From an uncultured delta proteobacterium (GTDB lineage: Bacteria; Desulfobacterota; Binatia; UBA9968): a stretch of DNA of 64,000 bases. Positions within the stretch are counted from its first letter, which is position 1. Each line of letters starts with the position of its first letter. Both the position numbers and the translations under genes were made by a program. Positions 37,760-48,375 of the stretch are shown here, piece after piece. Under the pieces are notes generated by a model. It had not been told where the DNA came from, searched no databases, and worked only from the letters and a program-made list of their open reading frames with translations. The stretch is taken from assembly GCA_963728565.1 (NCBI GenBank), contig CAVSLC010000009.1, forward strand, positions 32,001 through 96,000. The letters run 5' to 3'.

Positions 37760-38806
37760 TTGAAGATCCTCACCGCCGCGTTGCTTTTCGTTTGCCTTAC
37801 AAACTCATCGGCCTGGACTCAGTCCGGCACGCCGTCTTCTCTCCGCGAGATAGCTGCTTATGGCGGACCGGATCGTGAGCGTTTGCTGTTCGAGGGCGCC
37901 AAGCGCGAAGGCAAATTGGTTTGGTACACGACTCTGGCGGCGGTCCAAAATAAGCAAATCGCCGCTACCTTCGAAGCCAAATATCCCGGTGTAAGAGTTG
38001 AAGCCTACCGCGCTGGATCTTCCGCTCTGGTCCAGAGGTTAATTAATGAAGCTCAGGCCCGGCGCCATATCGCCGACGCCATCGAAACGACCTTGCCCGG
38101 CCTATTGACCTTCCGTGACAACCAGCTGTTACTCCCTTACACTTCACCGTACCTAGCGGTTTTTCCCGAGGAATCAAGAGAGAAGGCGGCGGGGAATCTG
38201 GTGTATTGGACCATTGATCGGGAATCGTATATCGGATTCGCCTATAATAAAAACCTTCTAAGCGCAGGCGAGGTGCCGGAAAATTTCGACGGCCTGCTGA
38301 AACCTGCGCTCCGTGATAAACTTGGTTTGGCGGGGGATGACACGGGCGCCCGCAGTATTGGCGCAATGATCAAGGTCAAGGGTGAGGAATTTGTTAGGAA
38401 GCTGAAGGGGCAAAACATCAAAGCCTACTCGATGGCCGGCAGCGCTCTGACCCAGCTGGTGGCTTCAGGCGAAGTGCCTGCGTCGCCCAGCCAATTTTAC
38501 AGCGCGACGCACGTGGCCGCGAAGAAAGGCGCCCCGGTCGTGTGGGTGCCCATGAATATAAATGTTGTCGGTGCAGGGGGAGCGGCCGTATACGCTAATG
38601 CTCAGCGGCCGCACGCGGCGCTCCTTTTCACGAATTTTCTCTTGAGTCCCGAAGGGCAAAAACTACTGGAAGATTTGGATTTCGGCAGTGCTGGCAAGGA
38701 TTATGGATTTAAACGCTGGTATCCGGAAAAAGAGGGAACCCTTGCCCAGTATGAGCAAGCATTAGAGCGATGGCATAAACTGCTCCAGGAAATCACGTTC
38801 AAGTAA
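37760..38806 (+). CDS. ABC extracellular solute-binding protein (Fe3+/AfuA-like class)
   Basis: GAKREGKLVWYT, FEAKYPGV and PHAALLF..FLLS.EGQ motifs. Confidence 0.88.
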   Translation: MKILTAALLFVCLTNSSAWTQSGTPSSLREIAAYGGPDRERLLFEGAKREGKLVWYTTLAAVQNKQIAATFEAKYPGVRVEAYRAGSSALVQRLINEAQARRHIADAIETTLPGLLTFRDNQLLLPYTSPYLAVFPEESREKAAGNLVYWTIDRESYIGFAYNKNLLSAGEVPENFDGLLKPALRDKLGLAGDDTGARSIGAMIKVKGEEFVRKLKGQNIKAYSMAGSALTQLVASGEVPASPSQFYSATHVAAKKGAPVVWVPMNINVVGAGGAAVYANAQRPHAALLFTNFLLSPEGQKLLEDLDFGSAGKDYGFKRWYPEKEGTLAQYEQALERWHKLLQEITFK

Positions 38807-39262
38807 GCCAAGGCCTGAGCCAAAGTGCGGCTTCCAATGATGAATGAGGCGGGGTGCAGGGACCGCTCAGGTCTTAAACCATCCAAAGGGGGGGCAATAT
38901 CTTTGGTTACTAGTTGTACGCCCGACGGCCGTCCGAAGAAAACCAGTTGAGGAATTTGGTGCAGGCTTTCGTATAGACTTATTGAGCTACAGTCTCATAA
39001 CGGATGCAATGGTCGAGGATGCGAACATGCGGGAGCGTTTTACGAAGTTGTTTGCCAAGGCAATCAGAGCCAGGGATCTTCGGCAGCGACGCGGACCGGG
39101 AATACTTTGGAAGGAACTGGAGGAGTACCGGCAGTGCTACGGCTTAGGTTTATGCTAAGTGCTGATGAGCAATCAACGTCCACTTGCTGATCGAAACCTG
39201 CAGGGTTGCATTGCAAGATCATGCAGGGTTACCGTTGAGGTATAGATACGGGATGCTCAGCG

Positions 39263-39304
39263 AGAAAACAGGGAGGAAGCGCTTGGCTTTCCCCCTGAGT
39301 TTCT
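39263..39304. terminator. Putative intrinsic terminator after hsp20
   Basis: CAGGGAGGAAGC / GCTTTCCCCCTG hairpin flanked by A- and T-runs. Confidence 0.5.
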
Positions 39305-39324
39305 GTTTGATGGTTCTGCGATAA

Positions 39325-39771
39325 TCAATTCAAGCTTATAGCGATTTGTCTCGGCTTGGCCTCATCGGCTTTGGGAACTTGTACTTCAAGTATTCCGTCC
39401 TTATAGGTCGCTTTGATGCCATCGGGGTTCACGGTTTGCGGCACGTGGAAGGATCGAGAAAATTTACCTGTAACCCGCTCGACCCGGTGGTACTCGACTC
39501 CACTGGCCGGCTCTTCAAGCTTTCGCTCGCCACTGAGTGTCAATATGCCCTCGTTTACTTCCGTTTTGAGATCCTCATTTCTCATCCCGGGCAGCTCGGC
39601 GCGAATGAGATACGAATCCTTACTTTCAAGAATGTCCACGGGAGGATACCAGACTCCAGCGGCAGCACTCTGTTGCGCCCGTGTGCGACCCAACGCGTCT
39701 TCGAATAGCTCGTTGATCCGGGACTGAATTCTGTTTACACCCTCAACCTGTTCCCATCTTACTAGTTCCAT
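39325..39771 (-). CDS. Hsp20/alpha-crystallin small heat-shock protein
   Basis: PPVDI.E, AELPGM, VER..GKFSRSF and ATYKDGILEV..PK motifs; IAI tail. Confidence 0.95.
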   Translation of the reverse strand: MELVRWEQVEGVNRIQSRINELFEDALGRTRAQQSAAAGVWYPPVDILESKDSYLIRAELPGMRNEDLKTEVNEGILTLSGERKLEEPASGVEYHRVERVTGKFSRSFHVPQTVNPDGIKATYKDGILEVQVPKADEAKPRQIAISLN

Positions 39772-39812
39772 AATTAGCACTCCTTTTTAAACCTTTTCTT
39801 TAAGCTAGCGGG

Positions 39813-39841
39813 AAGTTAAGCATGGCGGGTCACCGTGTCAA
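39813..39841 (-). promoter_or_regulatory. Putative sigma-70-type promoter of hsp20
   Basis: TTGACA-17 nt-TAACTT on the minus strand. Confidence 0.5.
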
Positions 39842-39968
39842 GGCCAAGGTGTCGCTGGGCGGATTTGCAAAGAGTCGTAGTGCCGATCGACGGCCCTCGG
39901 GCTCGCTTATCTGCGCGTCCGTTCTTCATGAAGGCACTGAGAAGCACAAAAGCAAAATCACACAAATT

Positions 39969-40448
39969 TTAGGAAAGAAGTCTGTAAAGCAGTGGGTCTG
40001 GTAGCGCCTCCTGGGCAACTTCACTAATGATAAAATAAACTACCCCTACAATGGAGGCGGCAACCAGTATAGATTTTGCCGCGCTGACCTCGCCGGATGC
40101 CAGCAGGTATAGAATCACAAAAAGTCCGATGCTCGGATAAATTCCGATGATATAGATGCTGATATACAACCCGACCAAGATTCCAAAGTACTTTATTGCA
40201 CCCACCATATTCTCTCGCTCTGTAGTTTTATCTTTATCAAAACCTGTATCCATTATCCGCGCGGTTTTAGTTTTCTTTCCTCTCAGCTCTCTTAAAAGCT
40301 GGAAAGAACACAAAATAAATGCTCCCCCGCCACAGAGCGCCGGAACCACCGCCGTTTTAAAGTCCCATTGAGTCAATGCATATGTGGCAGCGGCAAAGGA
40401 GATTACCGTCATGAAGATCGTAAAGTAGCTCTCATGATTAATCTTCAT
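39969..40448 (-). CDS. tctB: TTT small permease (TctB-like)
   Basis: Small multi-TM protein overlapping the tctA stop. Confidence 0.7.
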   Translation of the reverse strand: MKINHESYFTIFMTVISFAAATYALTQWDFKTAVVPALCGGGAFILCSFQLLRELRGKKTKTARIMDTGFDKDKTTERENMVGAIKYFGILVGLYISIYIIGIYPSIGLFVILYLLASGEVSAAKSILVAASIVGVVYFIISEVAQEALPDPLLYRLLS

Positions 40449-41967
40449 CGTTGTCCTCCTTCATCGGACTCGGGGCCAGCCGTTTTACGGCTTCATCTCT
40501 GGCGATTTGTCGCTCCTTTAGGAAAGTCCAAATCTGATTCAAAACAAAGATAGCAATCATTCCGAGCACCATGGGCCGCCAGATCCAGGAGATACCCATT
40601 AAAGTGATGGATATCACGAAGTTCCACTCGGCGATGTTCGAAAGTACAAAGCCCACGATAAGTGGCGGCCGCGCCCAGCCATACTGTTTCATAGCAAAAC
40701 CAAGGACGCCGAATATGATCATGACCAATATGTCACCAATGTCCTTGGCTCCGATGTAAACCGCTAGAATAAGAAAAGTCGTGATGACGGCAATAAGATA
40801 ATGTTGGGGCAGGTAGAGCAGTTTAGCAATTTGCGAAGTGGCGAGCAGGCAAATACCGCCGCCGACGATATTAGCCAGAGCCAAGGCCCAAATAATCGAA
40901 TAGGTGATTCCAATATCCGTGGTAAGCATATTGGGACCCGGGTGGATGCCGGCAATTAGAAATGCCCCAAGGACGAGCGACATACTGGCACTACCGGGTA
41001 CGCCAAATGCTAAGGTAGGTATAAAGTCGCCGCCTTTGCACGAATTGTTTGACGCTTCCGGTGCAATGACTCCGCGAACGTCGCCTTTACCAAAACGGCT
41101 CTTGTCTTTTGCCGACTGCACAGCATGGGCATAGGCAAACCAGTCGGCAGTCACAGCACCAACGCCTGGTACTACTCCTATCCATACGCCGATCAGGCTA
41201 CCGCGGATCAGCAACGCCCAATGGCGAAAGACATCTGCCATTCCCTGCAATTGTCCACGCAAGAGATTGCCGCGAATTTTGCCTCCCGGGATTGATCCCT
41301 TTGCCGTCGCCATTTTTATCACTTCTGGAATCGCAAAAAGGCCGAGAGATACCGTGACAATCTTCAGGCCATCGATTAAGTACGGGATATCGAAGCTGTA
41401 TCGGTAGATACCACTGTTGGGAGACCGTCCAATGGTGCCGAGAAGAATCCCAAAGAATCCGGCAGCCAACCCTTTGAGCATGTTTCCACTGCTAAGCGCT
41501 CCCAGCATACTTAGTCCCCACAACGCTACTACAAAGATCTCAGGCGGCCCGAAAGCCAAGACAAATGGACGCAGAATGGGAATTGACAACCAGAGGCAAA
41601 TTGCACCCAGCACCCCGCCGATAATCGAACTTGTGTAAGAAGCGCCAAGCGCCCGCGCGGCTTCTCCGTTAAGCGCCATCGCGTGGCCGTCTAGAAGTGT
41701 TGCCGAAGCGCCCGCAGTGGGCGGAACGCCGATCAATATAGTAGGGATGGTATCACTCGTGATAGTGACCGCCAGGATTGCAGTCATCAACACGATCGAA
41801 TATTGGAAATCGATGGTGTAGGTTAGCGGCAACAGGAGAGCTAAAATCGTAATTCCACCAAGACCCGGGATGACTCCCAGTATCAATCCTAAAAGTGTTC
41901 CGCCAACAAGAAACCCGACGCACGGCCAAGATAAAATTCCGACAAAAGCACCCCAGAAAGAATCCAT
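40438..41967 (-). CDS. tctA: TTT large permease
   Basis: G..PGLG, GVIAPEASNN, PTLAFGVPGS and GIHPGP motifs. Confidence 0.93.
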   Translation of the reverse strand: MDSFWGAFVGILSWPCVGFLVGGTLLGLILGVIPGLGGITILALLLPLTYTIDFQYSIVLMTAILAVTITSDTIPTILIGVPPTAGASATLLDGHAMALNGEAARALGASYTSSIIGGVLGAICLWLSIPILRPFVLAFGPPEIFVVALWGLSMLGALSSGNMLKGLAAGFFGILLGTIGRSPNSGIYRYSFDIPYLIDGLKIVTVSLGLFAIPEVIKMATAKGSIPGGKIRGNLLRGQLQGMADVFRHWALLIRGSLIGVWIGVVPGVGAVTADWFAYAHAVQSAKDKSRFGKGDVRGVIAPEASNNSCKGGDFIPTLAFGVPGSASMSLVLGAFLIAGIHPGPNMLTTDIGITYSIIWALALANIVGGGICLLATSQIAKLLYLPQHYLIAVITTFLILAVYIGAKDIGDILVMIIFGVLGFAMKQYGWARPPLIVGFVLSNIAEWNFVISITLMGISWIWRPMVLGMIAIFVLNQIWTFLKERQIARDEAVKRLAPSPMKEDNDED

Positions 41968-42291
41968 ACTGTATCTCCCGTAACATCTAGAATACTTCGC
42001 AGGTATGTCAGTAGAGGATGGGCGTGGTTTCTCTTGAGCTATAATCCTACGGAATACTGGTCACCGCGCACCAATGAGAAAGCAATTCAACGATCCCGAA
42101 CAATTAAGCGGTAGCAGCCGCTAACAAAAAAATCCGTGAGTCCCGAAGCCGGTGCGACGAGGCTGCTCGCCTTGGGCGGCTCAAAGAGCCATCGAGACTT
42201 TATCAATCTGATTTCTTTACCCTCGCACCAAGGCGTAAAGAACTCTGCTTTAATGAAGAGGTTACGGCGATCGCGCAATTCATACCGGGGT

Positions 42292-43311
42292 TTAATAATA
42301 GGTCTCCACAATCTTCTTGTTCTCATTAAATGATTTGATCAGGAAGTTGATCCGTTGCTTAAGCTCAGGCTCTGGTAAGAGATCCACCGGGGTATCTGCT
42401 TTTTCGCTCCATTCTATCGTTCGCTTATCCTTGAAAGCTTTGATCAAGCCTTCCCTCAGCGCGCTCTGAATATGCCCGGCTGTGCCGGGCGGCACCTGGA
42501 TCAGGCGTGTCAGGGCATAATCAGACCACTCTTTAGGCATTCCCAGCTCAACATGAGTGGGCGCGTCCGGAAACTCTGGATAACGTTTCGAGCTGTATAT
42601 CCAGAGCAAAGTCAAATCACCTGCCTTGATTTGTGTGGTGTTGATTCCGGTCAGAGCGCCGGATGTCAGATCGGCATTGCCTGCCAGAACGGCTAATTTC
42701 GCATCCGCTACGTCTTTGAAACGGGCCATTGTGTAGGGAATTTTTTTCTGCTCAAAATCCACCGCCAGCGGGATAACGACAAAGGTTGCTCCTGCCAACG
42801 CGACACGTACTTGAGTTTTTGTTTTCAGAATATCCTGATAGCTTTTATAGGGCGACTTTGGAGAACTAAAGATCCCGTAAGGAGGAGTGTCAAGCGCCAT
42901 AATCACGGGTATATTCCGAACATCCCAGGAGTATTGCGTTTTCGTTGTTGCCAATCCGACGTACGTGGCCACACCTAGTAAACTTATTGTATGACCGTCG
43001 GGCTTGGATCCCTGGAGCACATCCATGGCGTTGAAGCCCTGAGCACCTGTGACCAACTGTACAGTCACTTTTTGTCCCAAATAATCGGGAAGTACCAGAG
43101 CCAATTGTCGAGCGATCAAATCGTAGGCGCCCCGACCGCTTAGTATTATTCTGATTGGTCTGCTCGGTTTCCAAGCATCTGTTTGCGCCGCCAGGATTTC
43201 ATTGAAGCTGCCGATTGCCAAGACTATAAAAAAACTGATCAATAGAGCGGAAGCGCTGCTGACACGGCAGCCATAGGTGGCATTGCGGTGCTTAAGATTA
43301 CCAACACGCAT
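42292..43311 (-). CDS. tctC: TTT substrate-binding protein (TctC/Bug-like)
   Basis: PSRPIRII, D.IAR, KPDGHT, PDAPT..ELG and PPGT motifs. Confidence 0.82.
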   Translation of the reverse strand: MRVGNLKHRNATYGCRVSSASALLISFFIVLAIGSFNEILAAQTDAWKPSRPIRIILSGRGAYDLIARQLALVLPDYLGQKVTVQLVTGAQGFNAMDVLQGSKPDGHTISLLGVATYVGLATTKTQYSWDVRNIPVIMALDTPPYGIFSSPKSPYKSYQDILKTKTQVRVALAGATFVVIPLAVDFEQKKIPYTMARFKDVADAKLAVLAGNADLTSGALTGINTTQIKAGDLTLLWIYSSKRYPEFPDAPTHVELGMPKEWSDYALTRLIQVPPGTAGHIQSALREGLIKAFKDKRTIEWSEKADTPVDLLPEPELKQRINFLIKSFNENKKIVETYY

Positions 43312-43312
43312 A

Positions 43313-44155
43313 TCAATGATTCCCCTCTCTTATATTTGTAGGACTCTGGTGTTTTGATAGATATGTCTCCCAATCGACAAATCCAAGCTGCATACCGGCG
43401 TCAACATCCAACGCTACACCCGTGATCATTTCCGACCATGCGGAAGCCAAGAATACAATCGCCTTCGCCTGGTCCTCGGGCCGTGCGAAACGCCCCAAAG
43501 GAACTCTCGGTAAACGGCCGTCTGTGCGATCTTTCTCCGGGTTTGGCTCATGGGTCGGCCCCGGGACAATCGCATTGACGTTGATGTTGAAAAAACCGCC
43601 TTCATAGGCGAGCTGCTTCATAAAGGTAATAATCGCTGCTTTTGCTACGGCGTAGTCAGCGCCGGAAACAGAGATAGAGCGCGCGGCGAACGAACTTACC
43701 AGGACGATCTTGCCGTTTCTCTGCCGCTTCATGATAGGCAGGATTGCGCGTGAGCCGATGAACGCGCTCGTCAGATTGATTTCTATGTTCAGTTTCCACA
43801 CATCCAGAGGAATCTCTTCAATAAGAGTTCTTCCCTTATGCCCACCGACAATATGGACCCAAACATCGATGCGCTTATACTTTTCCAAAATCTCTTTTAA
43901 AGTTTTATCAATCTGGTCCGCATTCAATGCGTCGAGCTGCCAGACCGAGGCAGCGTTCTCTGCAACTGCGTTAATCAACCTTGCTGTTTCGGCAGCCGCT
44001 TCGCTGTTGATATCCAGAACCGCGACTTTCGCGCCGAGCTTAGCGAATAAAATCGCGGTGGCGCGGCCGATGCCGTTATTTGCACCCCCGCCGCCTACGA
44101 CGGCCACAATCTTGCCTTGCAAACCTAAAGATCCGGCAACTTCATAGTTGCTCAT
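43313..44155 (-). CDS. SDR oxidoreductase
   Basis: GGGG..GIG, YAVAK and NVNAIVPG motifs. Confidence 0.93.
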   Translation of the reverse strand: MSNYEVAGSLGLQGKIVAVVGGGGANNGIGRATAILFAKLGAKVAVLDINSEAAAETARLINAVAENAASVWQLDALNADQIDKTLKEILEKYKRIDVWVHIVGGHKGRTLIEEIPLDVWKLNIEINLTSAFIGSRAILPIMKRQRNGKIVLVSSFAARSISVSGADYAVAKAAIITFMKQLAYEGGFFNINVNAIVPGPTHEPNPEKDRTDGRLPRVPLGRFARPEDQAKAIVFLASAWSEMITGVALDVDAGMQLGFVDWETYLSKHQSPTNIREGNH

Positions 44156-44216
44156 CTAAAATCTCCTCGCGACTACTTCTGCCCACCCTTGCGGCCACGC
44201 ACCGATTCTCTTCGAT

Positions 44217-45893
44217 CTAAACCTTGCGTGTACGATCCTGGCCGGCAGAAGGGGCAACTGCTTCCTTGCTTACCACCACATCGACCAGCGCGGGCATCTT
44301 TGAGGCTAAGGCATCGCTGACAGCCTGCTTGAGGTCCTTGCTGTCATTAACCCGCGCTCCGTGGGCGCCGAACGCTTTGGCAATGGCGGCGAAGTCTGTA
44401 TCGTTAAAGTCGAGCACTTCCGAAACGACGCGGCCTCCCTTTAGGCGCTTTTCAGTATGGTACTCAGAGGCTAGACAACTATTGTTTAACACGACTATAA
44501 CCACCGGAATATTGCAACGGAGCGCCGTTTCCAATTCGCCGATATGATAAAGGATGCCGCCGTCGCCTGAGACCGCCACAGCCCGATGATTTGGCCGTGC
44601 TAGCGCCGCGCCCATCACGCCCGGCACGACCCAGCCGAGCGAACCGTTGGCTCGAACCATGGTCTTGCCTGCTTTTACCGAAAACAGGGATCCTACCCAT
44701 GAGCCGATGGCGCCCGTATCGGCCCCGATTAAATCGTTTGGCCCCATGATTTCACGCAGGCACGCCACGACTCCCGCCGGATGAATTCCATCGTTCAGCT
44801 TTTCTTCCGCCATGGAGTTGGCGTGTTTTTGCCAGATGGCCACATTGGACGATACCTGCTTTGCCCATTGCGTGCGCTCCGTGTAGAGCTTTCCAGATTC
44901 AATCGCGGCGAGCCCGCTTTCTAACGCCAACTTGGCGTCGGCTAAAATGGTCAAGATGGCGCGGAAGTTGTGGCCGAGAATCTCGTGATTCGTGTCAATC
45001 TGAATGAGTGGTTTCTTGTCGAAGGGCAGTGTCCAACGATGGGTTGCTAAACCGCCAAGCCGGGTGCCAATGGCAAGCATGAGATCGGCCTCGCGCACGG
45101 TGTCATTGCCCACCTTGCGCGAGTTGCGACCGATGGTTCCCACCGCCAGGTCGTGGTCTTCAGAGATCGCGCCCTTGCCGCCGAGAGAAGTTACCACCGG
45201 CACGCTCAGCGCTTCTGCGAATCGCGTAAGCTCGTCCCAGGCCTCGGAAATGACTATGCCTTTGCCGGCTACGATCAATGGGCGGTTTGCTCTACGCAAC
45301 TCGTCGATCACCGCCTGCATTGCACCTAAAGGCGGCGGAATCCGCCTCGATGTGACTTTACCGAGATTCTCCTCGCGGTAAGCCGTTTCTGATCCTGCGT
45401 CAGCGCCGAACATCTCTGCCGGAATTTCCAGATGTACCGGAGTCGGGGCCGGCCCGGTCGCGACGCGTATCGCAGCCCGCACCATGGCCGCCGCGCGCTC
45501 GGGTACCGATACGGTCTTGTTCCAACCGGCAACCGCGGTGTGCATCTTCAAGCCGTCGAGTTCCTGATACTCATAGCGGTCTCGAGATGGCATACCGATG
45601 GAGCTGGTTAGCGAGATTAAAGGGCTGCCGGCCCAGAGTGGATCGGCCATGGCGCCAGCGACATTCGCTACACCGGGTCCGCGTTGTCCGTAAACGAAAC
45701 CAGGCTTGCCTGAGACTCGCGCATATCCGTCCGCCATATAAACGGCGCCCGGTTCACTGCGGCAGTTAATGATTCGTATGCCCGCGTCGTGGAGTGCATA
45801 CCAAAGCTCATGGTCGCCGCCCATAAAGCAGAAGAAATATTCCGTTTCATACTTCACCAACGTCTCTGCGACGATCTCGGCAACTGTCGCCAT
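44217..45893 (-). CDS. ThDP-dependent enzyme (ALS-like)
   Basis: Start MATVAEIV after GGAGG; RSE..AVYMADGYAR, GPG..N and GDGG..ELET..NN motifs. Confidence 0.93.
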   Translation of the reverse strand: MATVAEIVAETLVKYETEYFFCFMGGDHELWYALHDAGIRIINCRSEPGAVYMADGYARVSGKPGFVYGQRGPGVANVAGAMADPLWAGSPLISLTSSIGMPSRDRYEYQELDGLKMHTAVAGWNKTVSVPERAAAMVRAAIRVATGPAPTPVHLEIPAEMFGADAGSETAYREENLGKVTSRRIPPPLGAMQAVIDELRRANRPLIVAGKGIVISEAWDELTRFAEALSVPVVTSLGGKGAISEDHDLAVGTIGRNSRKVGNDTVREADLMLAIGTRLGGLATHRWTLPFDKKPLIQIDTNHEILGHNFRAILTILADAKLALESGLAAIESGKLYTERTQWAKQVSSNVAIWQKHANSMAEEKLNDGIHPAGVVACLREIMGPNDLIGADTGAIGSWVGSLFSVKAGKTMVRANGSLGWVVPGVMGAALARPNHRAVAVSGDGGILYHIGELETALRCNIPVVIVVLNNSCLASEYHTEKRLKGGRVVSEVLDFNDTDFAAIAKAFGAHGARVNDSKDLKQAVSDALASKMPALVDVVVSKEAVAPSAGQDRTRKV

Positions 45894-45943
45894 TTCGTTC
45901 CTCCTTGAAGCTACCGGGCCGTGTCCATCATTTTGAATCCTAT

Positions 45944-46900
45944 CTATTCTTGCCGGTAGCGGAGTGCCTCTTTGATTGCCTCTTCTCCGCCGAGACCCAT
46001 GCCAAGTCCGTAATGTTTGTCGGATGCGACGGCCTCTGGATAAAAGCTGGCGAGATCCCTCTCGGGATAGTTTTGCAGGACCCAATCGGCGATCTGATCG
46101 CGGGTGGTGATCCACACGTTAGATTTTGCTCTAACGTAACGAATTACTTCTTCGAGAGGTCTTGTGCGAAAACCATGGGCCAGGACGGGATGAGTGCCAT
46201 AGGCGAGCATCTTCGGGAAGCCCCGTTTGCCCTCATCGTAGAGCGCGTCGAAATAATCGCGCCACATCTCGACGATCTCGCGCACATTCATGCCCTTACT
46301 GGAGTTGGTATCGGACACTGCATAACTCGTCATCCCGACCAGCCTCTTATCGTTGACCCGGATGATGAACGGAACTTCGGCGTTGCGCATACCGCAGGTA
46401 TATTTGAACCCTTGCTCGGCAAGGATGGAGAAAGTTTCCGGCGTAAGATGCCCGCCTGGAGAACTGAAACCCGAAGCTTTTTTGCCAAGCACGTTTTCAA
46501 ACGCTTTGTTGGCCCGCGCGATTCCATCGGCTTGTTCTTGCGCCGTCATGTCACATAAAAATTCATGATCCCAACCCTGAACTAGGAATTCATGACCGTT
46601 TGCCGCGACTTCGCGGGCTAGCTGAGGGAACAGACTTACATTCAGTCCGTCCGCATAAGTACTGGTCTGAATCTCGTATCGTTTCCACAGATCCAGGAGC
46701 CGCTGCATACCGCCTGTCTCAGCGAACGCTGTTTCATAAACCGGGCGCATGAGGCGAGTGTATTTCGCCGCCGAGGAAGCTCCACGTCCGCGGTTTTGAT
46801 CCACCGTGGTGCCTAACGTCTTGGGAGGAATCTCCCACGACATGTTGAAGACAACGGCGATATAGGCTCCGTTGGGCCACTCGAACTGTCCTTTGTACAT
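45944..46900 (-). CDS. CE4 polysaccharide-deacetylase-family hydrolase (PuuE/PgdA-like)
   Basis: WPNGA..AV, G..RLL, GHE....GW.H, HP and VWITTR.QIA motifs. Confidence 0.85.
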   Translation of the reverse strand: MYKGQFEWPNGAYIAVVFNMSWEIPPKTLGTTVDQNRGRGASSAAKYTRLMRPVYETAFAETGGMQRLLDLWKRYEIQTSTYADGLNVSLFPQLAREVAANGHEFLVQGWDHEFLCDMTAQEQADGIARANKAFENVLGKKASGFSSPGGHLTPETFSILAEQGFKYTCGMRNAEVPFIIRVNDKRLVGMTSYAVSDTNSSKGMNVREIVEMWRDYFDALYDEGKRGFPKMLAYGTHPVLAHGFRTRPLEEVIRYVRAKSNVWITTRDQIADWVLQNYPERDLASFYPEAVASDKHYGLGMGLGGEEAIKEALRYRQE

Positions 46901-47620
46901 GGTGCAACTCCTTTTTGAATCGATGAAACTTTGATGCTTGCAGGGTCCTGTTATGGAAAATGAAAGCCATCATCTCTGTAATGCTTCAGCTACTGCATCG
47001 CTGGTTGTGGGTCTATTCGCGAATTCATCTCGCGATCGAATTTATCCCTGCACAATACGTAGCACTCTGATTGCCAGTAGTTTATTTTTTATTTTTAATC
47101 GCTGGCAGATAACGTTCCTGGAGAAAGCTGCTGGCTCGACTGCTCAGCTTTCACTGACGACCAGGTTTCACTTCGAAATCGTTTCTATAATGAAGGCGAA
47201 TGTTTTGTAAAGCTTCGAATTCACATCCGCCGGGGGCGAGAGCGATGGTCTTCACTAGCTGCTTGCTCGCATGAACGAGTAGGTCCGAAATTGGCTCCAT
47301 CAAAAGCTAGTGTATTCCGCAGCCACTAACGTACGCCGTCGGGCGACCAGCTAGATCTCAGTTGCCAACCCGCAACCGCTTACCTGGCAATCTGCCAAGG
47401 GACCCAGGCATTCACACGACGGCCTGGTTCTACGAATGATCCGCACAGGAAAGATTTTCGATTCTTGTCCACGGACACACCCGGAGATAACAAATTCGTC
47501 AACGCCTTCCTCCGACTCGCTTCGTGATGGCCAGACATAGCGCGCTTCTGCGCGCTAATAAGGCCGTGAAAACAAAAGCTTTGCATTGCTAGCTTAGCGA
47601 CAGGGAACTGTACTCGCTGC

Positions 47621-47636
47621 TGGCCTCGCTCTTGCG
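47621..47636 (+). promoter_or_regulatory. Putative sigma-54 promoter
   Basis: TGGCCTCGCTCTTGCG (GG-N10-GC) upstream of the small ORF at 47721. Confidence 0.45.
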
Positions 47637-47720
47637 GTGGCAGCGAGGCGTCTTGTCGCTGCTGAGCCCGGGCTTCAGCTCAACCATGGATTTAATCACC
47701 TACCACTAAGGAGAAAAGTT

Positions 47721-47834
47721 ATGACCGGCGCAGAAATTGTAATTGGAGTAATTATTGGAGTCCTATTCGAACTCTGGTCGAATACCGAAGGGACGCCGCA
47801 TGAAGATCTAGCTGTTCAAGGCATCGCAAAGTAG
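47721..47834 (+). CDS. Small hydrophobic peptide (37 aa)
   Basis: AAGGAG RBS; MTGAEIVIGVIIGVLFELW.. Confidence 0.45.
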   Translation: MTGAEIVIGVIIGVLFELWSNTEGTPHEDLAVQGIAK

Positions 47835-48375
47835 TTTACGGGCGATGACGGCGGCACACTGCAAACCGCTCGAGGCAAACCTTTCATCAAAGATAACGAG
47901 CTGTCGCCCTTCCAGGGTATTGCCGGCGATCACGAATTACCTTGAGGGCGGCTCGTGAGTGGGACGCTTGATCGGGAAAAAGTAACGGCACGGCAATCCC
48001 GCTCGTTGATCACGCTTCTAGTGTTATCTCTCATCTGTTCCCGCCGCGGCAAAGCTCCCGTCACTTTATTTCCTCCTAGAGTCATCAAAGCTGCGCTTCG
48101 GAAATTGTCATTAAGAGTTCTAACGCGCCAGCCCGCTACGCTACTTTCGTTGGTGTTTAAGCCCGAGAAAAACGCTTCCTTGTCACTGCTACGCTGACGT
48201 CCACCGCCGCATTCAGCTTCGATGAGGCGTTAGCGAATCTGCCTCGTCGCAGATGTGAACGCGGTCGCAGATGTGAACGCGAAGGTTGACACCTCATAAG
48301 CTGATCCTTTTGCCCGGCACCAGAAATTTTAGCCGGCCCGGTTAAATCTTTGGTGCTTCGTGGCATGATGATGTT

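Noticed and set aside
39774-39782. CIRCE operator at hsp20 (TTAGCACTC)
   Set aside because: Only one half-site is present, overlapping the RBS, with no partner 9 nt away.
44217-46115. 632-aa ORF with a long N-terminal extension
   Set aside because: The extension overlaps the upstream CE4 gene; GGAGG plus ATG at 45893 gives a normal ThDP enzyme.
48246-48281. 18-bp tandem duplication (GTCGCAGATGTGAACGCG x2)
   Set aside because: Two copies only, with no array or clear context; likely replication slippage.
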